Assembly: GCA_949373095.1 (NCBI GenBank)
Contig: CASIBY010000001.1
Coordinates: forward strand, 1,467-65,466
Reading direction: 5' to 3'
DNA length: 64,000 nt
Origin: Candidatus Poseidoniaceae archaeon
Lineage (GTDB): Archaea > Thermoplasmatota > Poseidoniia > Poseidoniales > Poseidoniaceae
In this document: one piece after another, positions 19,728-29,486 of the stretch
Numbering within the stretch: the stretch's first letter is position 1
Layout of the letters: every line of letters starts with the position of its first letter
Position numbers and translations under genes: made by a program
Notes under the pieces: generated by a model
Told to the model about the DNA's origin: nothing
Database searches by the model: none
The model's input: the letters and a program-made list of their open reading frames with translations, nothing else

Positions 19728-19964
19728 CTAAGCCCACTCAGACATCAAACTGTTGAGTGACTCAACAATTGATGCGATGTCAACGGATTCCCCGTTCTCT
19801 TGAGCGAGTTGTAACCGGTTACGAACGGCTTCTATGGTTTCCTCAGATGGCGCAGAGCCGGTAATTTCCTCGATGACTTCACCGATGCTTTTCCCTCGTC
19901 CCTCCTCAATGGCTAGGAGCGCCTTGACGAATTCTTCTTCGTCCTTTGGTCGCCGAGCACTCAT
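19728..19964 (-). CDS. Small acidic helical hypothetical protein (third gene of the ThiF-JAB operon)
   Basis: 78-aa ORF with an SD-like GAGGTG, 9 nt after the JAB stop. Fills the gap to a convergent gene. Confidence 0.75.
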   Translation of the reverse strand: MSARRPKDEEEFVKALLAIEEGRGKSIGEVIEEITGSAPSEETIEAVRNRLQLAQENGESVDIASIVESLNSLMSEWA

Positions 19965-19973
19965 GCTTCCACC

Positions 19974-20513
19974 TCAACTGCAATGTTGTTTGTTCCTGTA
20001 CCACGAATGCCAGGGAGTTGGTTCTTCATTGGTCCAATTTGAGAGGGGTCCTTTGGAGGAAATGAACGGCGCTTCTAGTTGTTCATTGAACGTTGAATTG
20101 CTCGTGAATTTTGGGCCAGGTTCGCCCAAGACCATTGCGGTCTCTAGGATCATAGTGCCTAGAGATAGACTGTTGGTATCGGTAGTGCTCCAATACGCTG
20201 CAAAGTCCGGGTGAGTGTGGACCCACAACTTGAACGGACTTTTTGCCCCGACTGGGGGTTGGAGGGTCACTTGGCCAGCTGTTCCCCAATCGATGTAGAT
20301 GCAGTCTTCAGCGTCGATGAGAACAGATGTTTCCAAGCCTGCAAGAACAGACAAAATATACACGCCATCCCAACGGCTGTGAGCAGCCAATGTTTCTTGC
20401 GCTGAAAGGAGTTGAGGATTTCCAACCTGGCGTTCACTTGCTGCGAGACAGGCTTCATCCCACGTGGCTTCATCCAAACCAGTGTTGACAAATTCTGGGA
20501 GTTCAATCATCAT
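19974..20513 (-). CDS. JAB/MPN+ (JAMM) metalloprotease domain protein
   Basis: E (GLETSVLID) ... HTHPDFAAYWSTTD matches E-x(n)-HxH-x7-S-x2-D. Start overlaps the ThiF stop (ATGA). Confidence 0.8.
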   Translation of the reverse strand: MMIELPEFVNTGLDEATWDEACLAASERQVGNPQLLSAQETLAAHSRWDGVYILSVLAGLETSVLIDAEDCIYIDWGTAGQVTLQPPVGAKSPFKLWVHTHPDFAAYWSTTDTNSLSLGTMILETAMVLGEPGPKFTSNSTFNEQLEAPFISSKGPLSNWTNEEPTPWHSWYRNKQHCS

Positions 20514-21139
20514 GCTATCACCTCTGGAAATGAAAGAGCACCGTAGGTGATGCTACCCATAGTTTGAGTCGGGGAAGGCTTTCCTCGCAATTCTTGCATG
20601 GCCCATTGTGAACCAATGGCTGCTGCGACAGCAAATCCAAACTCTAGGTTTCCAGAGTCCAATGCCCCATCAACCTGGCAACTCTTCGGCTCATGGTCAG
20701 GTGTCATCTTTTGGACCAAACTTTGCGAGCTTTGAGATGTGAGGGCGACCCAACCATCTCCAGAACATCGCAAATCAATCCAAGGGACGTCAAGACCATG
20801 AACCAAGCGACGGGGCTCTGGCCTGTCAACGCAGACCACGACCAAATCAAAATCGTCGAGTTGGTTGGCTTGTCTCAAATTTTCTGGAAGACCTGTAACA
20901 TTGACATGTTCTGAATTAAGTCGTTGAGCCAGCTGGATGACTTTATGATGGCCAACATCGGTCAAACTGTAGCGTTGATGACCAAGATTGGTTGGTTCTA
21001 CGGTGTCAGCATCCATGATGGTCACTGAGCAGGGTAGCGAGACTCTCGTGATGGCTGGAATCAGGTTTTCCAAAAGACTTGCACCGATGCCACCGGCTCC
21101 GACGACAAGCAGTTTTTTCACGGGGGGTTCAGCGTTCAT
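20510..21139 (-). CDS. ThiF/E1-like adenylyltransferase
   Basis: LVVGAGGIG, MDADTVEPTNLGHQ, DVGHHK and DLVVVCVD...R motifs. Confidence 0.9.
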   Translation of the reverse strand: MNAEPPVKKLLVVGAGGIGASLLENLIPAITRVSLPCSVTIMDADTVEPTNLGHQRYSLTDVGHHKVIQLAQRLNSEHVNVTGLPENLRQANQLDDFDLVVVCVDRPEPRRLVHGLDVPWIDLRCSGDGWVALTSQSSQSLVQKMTPDHEPKSCQVDGALDSGNLEFGFAVAAAIGSQWAMQELRGKPSPTQTMGSITYGALSFPEVIA

Positions 21140-21175
21140 GAGAAATAAATCCCGTCACGCTTTATGAAGAAATCA

Positions 21176-22462
21176 TCATCGAGTTAACATCTGCTCTAAT
21201 GCCGCAATTTGAACTGGGAGTGTGAAATTCTCTTCGACATACGGCCGCCCAGATTTTGCCCACTGCTTGCGTAGGGATTCGTCCTCTAATGAAGCGTAAG
21301 CATTGTTCCAAGCCTCTTCATCATCCCTTCGCAAAAGTCTTCCAGACTCAACGGGTGTCATCGTGCATTGAAATCCGCCTTCATCTACCATTAATGCAGG
21401 GGTACCCACCGCCATTGCCTCAATTGGAGTCAATCCAAACGGTTCGTGATGCGCATGACTGACCATCGCTTTTGCACCCCGAATCAATCCACACAATGCA
21501 GGTTGAGACAGTCGCGGCATGCAATGGACGGGCACTCCAATTCGTTTTCCTTCCTGAATTAATGTGGCTCGGTCTTCATCAGTTCCGCCTCCGACTTGAA
21601 CCAGTTCCAAGCCTGTTCCTACGAGGGATTGCAATGTCTCCCAAGTCCCTTTCACATGCGAAATTTGTCCGATTGTCACCACATATGGCATTTCAGTGAG
21701 GTTGATTCCTGATACTTCCTTTTCTTCTTCAGAATCTGGTTCTAATGGCCATTGCTTCATATCAATAACATGCATGAGATGGGTTGCTTCTAGAGGCCTA
21801 CCCTTTGCGTCCCTTTTGGGAGGTTCCCCATTTTCTTTGGTCGGGTCTGACGATAATCCGTAGACAGATTTTATTCTTCGTTGGATCCACATTGAATTTC
21901 CAGAAATTGATGACTTCGGACGAGCAAAAAGCTGGCGAACATAGGCTCTATCCCGTCGGCGTTGCCTTGTGAACAAAAGTTTCGTCAACCAAAGCGGGCG
22001 TTTTAGTTTCCCGTTGAGTTGGCGGTGAAGGACATCCTCATACAACCATCTCGGAGGCTCAAGGCAATGATAGTGGATTGGAAGGTGAGGGGGTATGTGC
22101 GGCAAGAGTTCCAGCGTTCCCTTACACACAGAAAGATGCACTGCGTCATAGTTTTCCCACGGGATCTCAACGGTAGCCCAGGCCTTTTCCGCTTCTCGGC
22201 TTAAGCGAGCCGAGACTTCCGATAGGGCGCCAGTATGCCAAGTAATACTGGTCGCAGGGTGAAATACTGGGACGTTGGCAGTTCCAAGCAGCGTTTCAGC
22301 ATCATCGGTCATTTTCAGCGTAGCCAATCCAAGCGTCCATCTTCCATATGTTGCCCTCATGAGTTGGAGCAATTCCCGTTCCGCCCCGCCTAAACTTGCA
22401 AAGGAACCCCGAACAATGAGAACTCGCAGCGGTGCTGCTCCCTCATGGTTGGACTTAGCCAT
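21176..22462 (-). CDS. Glycosyltransferase family 4
   Basis: GGAEREL at the N-terminus and HEPFGLTPIEAMAVGTP. Confidence 0.9.
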   Translation of the reverse strand: MAKSNHEGAAPLRVLIVRGSFASLGGAERELLQLMRATYGRWTLGLATLKMTDDAETLLGTANVPVFHPATSITWHTGALSEVSARLSREAEKAWATVEIPWENYDAVHLSVCKGTLELLPHIPPHLPIHYHCLEPPRWLYEDVLHRQLNGKLKRPLWLTKLLFTRQRRRDRAYVRQLFARPKSSISGNSMWIQRRIKSVYGLSSDPTKENGEPPKRDAKGRPLEATHLMHVIDMKQWPLEPDSEEEKEVSGINLTEMPYVVTIGQISHVKGTWETLQSLVGTGLELVQVGGGTDEDRATLIQEGKRIGVPVHCMPRLSQPALCGLIRGAKAMVSHAHHEPFGLTPIEAMAVGTPALMVDEGGFQCTMTPVESGRLLRRDDEEAWNNAYASLEDESLRKQWAKSGRPYVEENFTLPVQIAALEQMLTR

Positions 22463-22579
22463 GAATTTGAGGTACCCTCACCTCCCCTTTCAAATCCACC
22501 CACATTTGAGGTGGTTTGCCGTTGTTTCTACCTTGACTTGGACGCGACGATTGAAAAAGGGAGGCGCTCACGGTGAGTT

Positions 22580-23644
22580 ATGAGCGGAAAGACTGCCATG
22601 ATAACAGGCCTCACAGGACAAGACGGGTCTTATTTGGCCGAATTGCTTCTTGACAAAGGATACATAGTCCATGGTTTGGTTCGCCGAGTTTCTCAACCCA
22701 CCTCTGGACGAAGCCTCATCAATCACCTGATGGAGCACGAAAACTTTCATCTCTTGAACGGAGATCTGGCCGACCAGAATTCCATTGACAATGCAGTTGC
22801 TCAAACACAACCAGATGAATTCTACAACCTCGGAGCAATGTCCTTTGTTCCAGAATCATGGCGTTCTCCAATGATGACCGCTGATATCACTGGCCTTGGG
22901 GCGCTACGCTGTCTTGAAGCCATCCGGAAGCATGCTCCAAGCTGCCGTTTTTACCAGGCTGGCTCGTCTGAACAATACGGTAAAGTTCGTGATGTTCCCC
23001 AAACAGAGTTGACTCCATTCCATCCACGTTCTCCGTATGGATGCGCAAAGGTGTTCGCCTTTGAGATCACTCGGAACTACCGTGAATCTTACGATATGTT
23101 CGCTTGTACTGGAATCCTCTTCAATCACGAAAGTCCACGACGTGGATTGGAATTTGTTACTCGTAAAGTGACCATGACCGCAGCCCGAATTTCCCAAGGA
23201 TTTGATGAATGCCTTTGGATAGGAAACGTTGATGCAAAGCGTGACTGGGGATTCGCTGGAGACTACGTCGAGATGCAATGGCGGATGCTCCAACAAGATA
23301 AGCCAGGAGATTATGTCGTTGCTACAGGCCGAACTCACAGCGTTCGTGATATGATTACCCTTGCCTTTTCACACGTCGGGATGAGTCTAACCTGGTCTGG
23401 AGAAGGTGTTGACACCATCGCTACTGACCAAGATGGCAATGTTCGTGTCCGTACCAATCCCAAGTTCTTCCGTCCAGCAGAAGTTGATTTGTTGATTGGG
23501 GACCCTTCCCTTGCCGAAAAAGAACTTGGCTGGGTTCCTGGTACGTCGTTTGAAGAATTGGTTCAAATGATGGTCGATTCAGATATGACCATTGTCAAAG
23601 AAGCAGTTGCTGGTGGATACGCACCTCCGATTCCACCAGAGTGA
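22580..23644 (+). CDS. gmd: GDP-mannose 4,6-dehydratase
   Basis: ITGLTGQDGSYLAE, PFHPRSPYGCAK, GILFNHESPRRG.EFVTRK and FRPAEVDLLIGD motifs. Confidence 0.97.
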   Translation: MSGKTAMITGLTGQDGSYLAELLLDKGYIVHGLVRRVSQPTSGRSLINHLMEHENFHLLNGDLADQNSIDNAVAQTQPDEFYNLGAMSFVPESWRSPMMTADITGLGALRCLEAIRKHAPSCRFYQAGSSEQYGKVRDVPQTELTPFHPRSPYGCAKVFAFEITRNYRESYDMFACTGILFNHESPRRGLEFVTRKVTMTAARISQGFDECLWIGNVDAKRDWGFAGDYVEMQWRMLQQDKPGDYVVATGRTHSVRDMITLAFSHVGMSLTWSGEGVDTIATDQDGNVRVRTNPKFFRPAEVDLLIGDPSLAEKELGWVPGTSFEELVQMMVDSDMTIVKEAVAGGYAPPIPPE

Positions 23645-23809
23645 ATTGAGAGCGGCCTCTTCTCCGCAGATGATTCAGTTTTCAGTGTTGATTTCGTTAT
23701 ACGCCAAAGCGATTTTAATTTGGTTCACGAATGAGTAAAAGGGGTAGAACCCTCAAGATTGTTACTTTGAGGTTAAAAATATTATAACTCGTTGGAATTA
23801 TTTAATTTC

Positions 23810-25135
23810 ATGGCGGAAGGTCTTGACTTACTGGATGACATCGGATTGATTCTTAGCATCTTCATTCTTCTCTTCATCTCATACTTTCACCTTCGTGCTC
23901 TTGATGACAAACGAACATGGGACCGAAAGTTAGGTGCCGCCCTGGTAATTTGGCTTTTGTTATACTTCATTCTTCGTCGTTTGCAGGAGCTCGTCCCTTC
24001 TGTAGGAATTGACAACCCCGATGTGAGTGGATTGATTGTTGAACTTTCTGCTTATTCATCATCAATGAATTTCTATTATATCCATCTCTTTTTGATGCTC
24101 TTAGTTCCGATTCCATTCTTGAGAAATGGTTGGCAAATTGGTGCTGTTGGTTTCATTGTTGTCTTGATTACCTACATCGACCGTTCAGCGGTTAGCGCCG
24201 ATGCAGATCCGTTTTACAATTCACTGCTGCTTTTTTGTATGATTTTACTTGCTTGTTTGGTGTGTTTCACCGTCGGATTGAGGTTTCTACTCTTCCCACC
24301 ACCTCTTGAAGACAAGAGCGAAGAGGCTCTGGCTTTGCGCCGTTCCGGATACTTCGCCTTAGGAACAATTGCTGTGGTCATGGACAACATGATATTTCGC
24401 TCCATTGGATTTCTTGATGGGTCGGCCAATGCTTGGTGGACCTTCCCAACGGTCAACTATTCTGCAGCAACATCTGGATACAATTACGCCATGGTGACCT
24501 TGGCTGAAATGACCTTTGTATTGGGTGTATTTTCGTTCATGATGCTGTCATTTGCTGTAGGCTGCACTTACCATATCGTTCAATGCCTCAGGAAAAAGCA
24601 CCCAGTCAGTCTTGCAACTGTTTTTTCAGGGTACATACTCTTTATTTGGGCCCTCATAATTTTCCGTCATTGGGCATTTGTAACCGGCTATGCAACTTGG
24701 GATATGGCGGAAAATCCGCTTGATTCAAATGCCGAAATAATTACTGCTCTCAGCGATGGGTTCAGTTTTCATCTGATTTATCCGACCATCGCTTTATTGC
24801 ACGCAGTTAAGTTTGGGCTCATTACCATTGAGACAGATCGTGACAGAAAGGTTCTCCGCATCGTTTCTCTCGGTGTGATGGTGGCGATTACCGCAGTGTT
24901 CACAACGTTACTGGAAGTCATCATTCCGGTTCCAGATATCGTTCTCGCCGTTCTCTGTGGTCTTGTTCTTGCAACGGGATGGGAGCGTTATCTCATCGAT
25001 GCCTTGGAGCCCGATGAGGAAATGAAAACTGTCTCATGGGCCTGGCCCGGTAATGAGCGTAGCATGATTTGGGGAGTCAATCTTATGATTGGAATTCCCT
25101 TTGTCATCAAACTTCTAGCAGGGGTGATTTGGTGA
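23810..25135 (+). CDS. Polytopic membrane protein of unknown function
   Basis: About 11-13 hydrophobic segments. AT-rich upstream region. Stop overlaps the next start. Confidence 0.75.
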   Translation: MAEGLDLLDDIGLILSIFILLFISYFHLRALDDKRTWDRKLGAALVIWLLLYFILRRLQELVPSVGIDNPDVSGLIVELSAYSSSMNFYYIHLFLMLLVPIPFLRNGWQIGAVGFIVVLITYIDRSAVSADADPFYNSLLLFCMILLACLVCFTVGLRFLLFPPPLEDKSEEALALRRSGYFALGTIAVVMDNMIFRSIGFLDGSANAWWTFPTVNYSAATSGYNYAMVTLAEMTFVLGVFSFMMLSFAVGCTYHIVQCLRKKHPVSLATVFSGYILFIWALIIFRHWAFVTGYATWDMAENPLDSNAEIITALSDGFSFHLIYPTIALLHAVKFGLITIETDRDRKVLRIVSLGVMVAITAVFTTLLEVIIPVPDIVLAVLCGLVLATGWERYLIDALEPDEEMKTVSWAWPGNERSMIWGVNLMIGIPFVIKLLAGVIW

Positions 25136-26854
25136 TGCGTACCGAAAAAGAACTCATGAGTCTCAAAAAGAACGAATTAGTCGCCATTGCCGAAGAGTAT
25201 GACTTGTCATCCACGGGGACGAAAGAGGAGATTACAAAGCGTATTGTGGTTCATCAAATGGAACGCTACGACCAGGAAACAGAACGCCTAGAAGATGTGT
25301 TGTACCATAACCCTGAGGAAGGAGAGGGGCTGTTGGTGCCATCCCAAGCAATGAATGATAGTGAAGTAAAACCGGATTCAATCACATTTGGAGCACTTGG
25401 TTCGGACGCTAGTGAAACCAATCTAGAAACAGTAAATGCTGTAGAATCTGTATCAAATCACAATGTCTTCAAAGAACTTCCATCACGAACCTTCGTTGCA
25501 GGAGGCTATGCGTTCAAACCTTATCTTGCAACACTTACAGTTGTTTTCCTCATGATGTTTGGCTATGGCTTCCAGGATTACTACGGAAGTAATTTCTCTT
25601 ACCCGGGAGACGATAAGGCCACTGTTGACTGCATCCGAGTATCGTATTACGTGGACGGAAATGGTAACGATTCAGGTTATGACCCTATGAGTCAAGCTAA
25701 TCTTGATTGTGCAGAAGTATTGGACATCTCTCCAAATTGGTGGCAGGAAGATATGGACGCTTGGGTCCAAAGTCTCCTCAATTCAGCTACTTCGGACGGC
25801 AATCACTCCGGGTTCGTATGGACCCAGCCTGGAATTGATACAATGGCGTATCTCGGCGCTACGACCTTTAATACAAACATGAGTGTTTTTGGAGACCCTC
25901 TCGCAGGAGACGAGTTCACTGAGCAGCATCTTGCAATTTGGAACGGCTTTGGAGCAACATTCCCTGGCGGTGGGAACGATTCCATCGAAAGTTTGCTCCA
26001 AGGGGGAAACAGTCCCTTCTCAATTTACATGCCTGCAGGAATCGTAGACCACAGACCTACAGGTTATTTGTGGACTCAATCTGGAATCGACACCATGGCT
26101 TACCTGGGTGCTACCACGTTCAATACGAACATGAGTGTCTTTGGAGACCCTGTCGCAGGTGATGTATTTACTGAGCAACACCTTGCTGTTTGGAACGGAT
26201 TTGGTGGGATGTTCCCAGGTGGAGGAAACGACAGTATTGCAGATTTGCTCCCAGGCGGGGCAAGTCCCTTTGCCGTTTACATGCCTACAGGAATTGTTGA
26301 AGATGCCCCAACGGGGTATCTTTGGAGCCACCCTGGGGTCCCCACAATGAGCAATCTTGGTTCTTCCACATTCGGGGCCAACATGAGCGTTTACGGTGAT
26401 CCAGTCCCGGGGGACGTCTTTACTGAAGCCCACCTTGCTGTTTGGAACGGCTTCACGCTCGCCCTTGGAGGAGGAAACGACAGCATTGCGAGTTTGCTCC
26501 CCGGCGGAAACAGCCCGTTTTCGATTTACATGCCCAGTGGAATTGTCATCACGCAAGTGGAATGGGACAACCAAACGCCATCGGCGAGCAATGTCACTCT
26601 CTCTGTAAACAATTCGACTACACCTTCGGTGTATTCGCTCAACTATGTGTTTTATGACGGGCAAAATGGATACTGATAACTCAACCGTTGAATGGTTTGT
26701 CAACGGAACATATGTGGCAAACACGACCACCTACGGCGCAAACCTCGCCAACGGTTCTACAATTATGTGCATCCTGACACCATACGACGATATGTACTGG
26801 GGTGTTCCTGTAGAATCTAACACTCTGTTGATTGCTGTTGAAAACCAATCGTGA
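25135..26854 (+). CDS. SAP-like domain + TM + triple 84-aa repeat + Ig-like domain protein (frameshifted at about 26665)
   Basis: N-terminal LMSLKKNELVAIAEEYDLSSTGTKEEITKRI (SAP-like), TM YLATLTVVFLMMFGYG and three repeats. The ORF stops at 26676, but the domain continues in the +1 frame (DTDNSTVEWFVNG...LTPYD) to 26854. Confidence 0.7.
25810..26550 (+). repeat. Three tandem 252-bp intragenic repeats
   Basis: Units start at 25810, 26062 and 26314 (GFVWTQPG / GYLWTQSG / GYLWSHPG ... IYMPxGIV). Confidence 0.95.
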
Positions 26855-26916
26855 TGGCCTCCAACTTCCCTAAAATGAAGTGGAGTCTTTTTAGGAGTCC
26901 GAGATAAGTTCTCATC

Positions 26917-28981
26917 ATGGCACAGTCTTGGAGGTTCGATGGTTTTCCCGGGCGCGTGCTTTGGGTTGATTTGACCAAAGGAACTTGTGAAGAGCGAATC
27001 ATTCCACACGAATGGTGTCTTTCGTCGATGGGAGGCAAGGCACTTGCCACCAAACTTCTTGTTGAATGGGATACAACTGACTACGTTTCTGCGACAAAAC
27101 AGATTCATCCTGTAACTGGAAAAATGGATGCTGCATCGCACCCGACGACCCCACTTTTGTTCATGACGGGCCCTTACCAAGCTTCCAAGATTGGGTCCTC
27201 AGGGCGCGCTGTGGTCGTCACTCGGTCTCCCTTAACCGAGTGTTATATTGACACTTACATCGGAGGCAACATTGGTCATGACCTGCGAAAAGCAGGATGG
27301 GACGGTCTCTTTATCACTGGTGCAAGCGAACGCTGGGTGCGCCTTGAAATCAATGACGAGCAAGCTCGACCTCCATGATGCAGAACCGTTGCTGGGGCTT
27401 TCCACCTGGGAAGTTGAGAAACATCTTGATGAACTCGGCGAATGCCTTTCTATCGGTCCTGCGGGTGAAAACGGAATTCGCATTGCGTCCCCTTTGACCG
27501 CTGGAAGGCGTGCGGCAGGGCGCGGAGGAACGGGCGCTTCATTCGGATTCAAACGTCTCAAAGCCGTTACTATCAAAGCAAGTTCTGAATCTTCATCCAT
27601 GGTCCGGTATTCAAACGATTTTTCCCTTGGCGATGCTGTCAAAAAGCAGCGGAGTGAAATGGGTTTGCGCAGGAAGTCGGGGGACCCATTCTACAGTTTT
27701 GGGACAAGTCGAGGCCCACTCTATGCTGCTGAGAACGGGCGAATGCCAACCGCAAATTACGCATCAACAGACGCACAAATGCCCGACCTCTCTACGCTCA
27801 AAGCAGGAGGAGGCAAAGGTGGCCAAACGGCAGAGGCAGTTCGAAAGGGAGCAACTCCAGTTCCAATTCAAACCAAACTATCAACTCATGAACTCTCAGG
27901 TGAACACTGGCACGAATCATTGCCCAACGCCAAACAATCAGGATGCTGTGCCCCATGTCCTATTGCTTGTGAGGCTGCTGACCGTCCGGTCATTGACGGG
28001 AAGAAATTCCGCGGCCGACCGGTTCATATGAATCGTGTTGACCGGCCTGAATACGAAACCTTGGCGATGTTGGGTTCCAATCTTGGCATCGGTTCTAGTC
28101 TTGATGTGATGGATGGAAACGATGCGTGCAACCGGCTGGGTATGGATACCATTTCCTCTGGTGCTGCGCTCTCATTTGTATGCGAGGCAACAGAACGAGG
28201 ATGGCTGCATGACTCCTGGGCTGACCATTTCCATGCACCATTTGATTTCGGTTCGTTCAAGGAGGGAGATGTTGTTCCATGGCGGTTTGGTATTCCAGAA
28301 TTACCGCCATTAGCTCTTCATCTCTTGGCTCATGCAACTCCAGGGGATGGGACGCTCTTTGGAACACTCACTGCGGGTGCTGTCGGTATGAGTGAGTGGA
28401 TGGAGAATGAAACTGGCCATCCAACCACACGCCTAACCGCTCACTGCAAAGGGCTAGATTTGCCGGCTTGGGATCCACGTGGGAAGCGTGGAAATGCCAT
28501 GGCGTACATGACGTCTAACGTTGGGGCCAATCACATGCGTGCGAATTACAAGGATCCAACAGGACTTCCAAATCGCTCTGCAGTTGACCTCATGGGTGAA
28601 CTTGTCATCAGCCAGCACAGCATTGTGATTCGTGATTCTATGATTTTGTGTGCCTTTGCAAAAGGCGCTACGCCCGACCACATCATGCTTGATGCATGGA
28701 ATGCAATTACGGGTGAGGGTTGTGAATGGAGTGACCTCATGCAGCGGGCTCAAGTTCAGTGGGACGCTGCCCGTCAGTGGAATGTGGACCATTGGTTGCG
28801 CCAAGGTAAAGATGCAAAACAAGAGGACCTGCTTTCATGGCGACTGCGGAATGAACCCGTAACGAGTGGCGTTGCATCAGGGATGGTTTCATTCGTCGAT
28901 GAATCTGATGAAGAAGCGTGCATGGCCGAATATTACAGGTACCGAAAATGGAGTCCGGGAGGGTTGCCCATTGGAGCCTGA
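26917..28981 (+). CDS. aor: Aldehyde:ferredoxin oxidoreductase (W/Mo-pterin AOR family), frameshifted at about 27370
   Basis: N-terminal part has VLWVDLTKG, MGGKALA, TRSPLT and LRKAGWDGLFITGAS. C-terminal part has IGPAGEN, AAGRGGTGA, CxxCPIAC, PEYET, GMDTIS and DPRG. One extra C at 27370 separates the two frames. Confidence 0.85.
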
Positions 28982-29480
28982 AGAAGACATTGAATCCGCA
29001 TCAAAAATCAAACGTAATGCGTTGATTGTTTTCGCTTTGCTTTCTCCTCTTCTCTTGGTGCAGGCATGGATTCTCGGAGCGGCTCCCGATGTACCCTTTG
29101 CAACCATGCCTTCGTGTGAATCGAACAGTCAAAATTGCGCTCACTTAGGTGGAGGAGACACCTTCCGAATGGATGTGGCGCTTAACACAACAAACAATGT
29201 TGAACTGAACACATCCCTTGCCGCTCTTACAGATTGGGTTGTGGAACACGACCTCCGAATACTTGTTGAAGAGTCCGTAGATGGCGAGGAGTACTATATC
29301 CATGCAGTAGCTATTACTCCATTTTGGAGGTTTCCCGACGACGTCGTTGTTCAATTGCGCCAACTGAGTACTGGCGGGACAGAATTTGAACTCCACTCTC
29401 AATCACGGCTCGGGCAGGGCGACCTCGGAGTCAATCCTGACCGCTTGCTTGAATTGCATGCGATTCTAGAAGATGCCTAA
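28971..29480 (+). CDS. DUF1499-like membrane-anchored protein
   Basis: TPFWRFPDDV...HSQSRLGQGDLGVN..R motif and an N-terminal TM. TTG start after GGGAGG. Confidence 0.8.
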   Translation: MEPEEDIESASKIKRNALIVFALLSPLLLVQAWILGAAPDVPFATMPSCESNSQNCAHLGGGDTFRMDVALNTTNNVELNTSLAALTDWVVEHDLRILVEESVDGEEYYIHAVAITPFWRFPDDVVVQLRQLSTGGTEFELHSQSRLGQGDLGVNPDRLLELHAILEDA

Positions 29481-29486
29481 CCTGGC

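Noticed and set aside
25810..26550. Repeats as a CRISPR array or DGR template/variable region
   Set aside because: The units are 252 bp, in frame and mostly synonymously diverged. There are no spacers, no obvious adenine-specific pattern and no reverse transcriptase.
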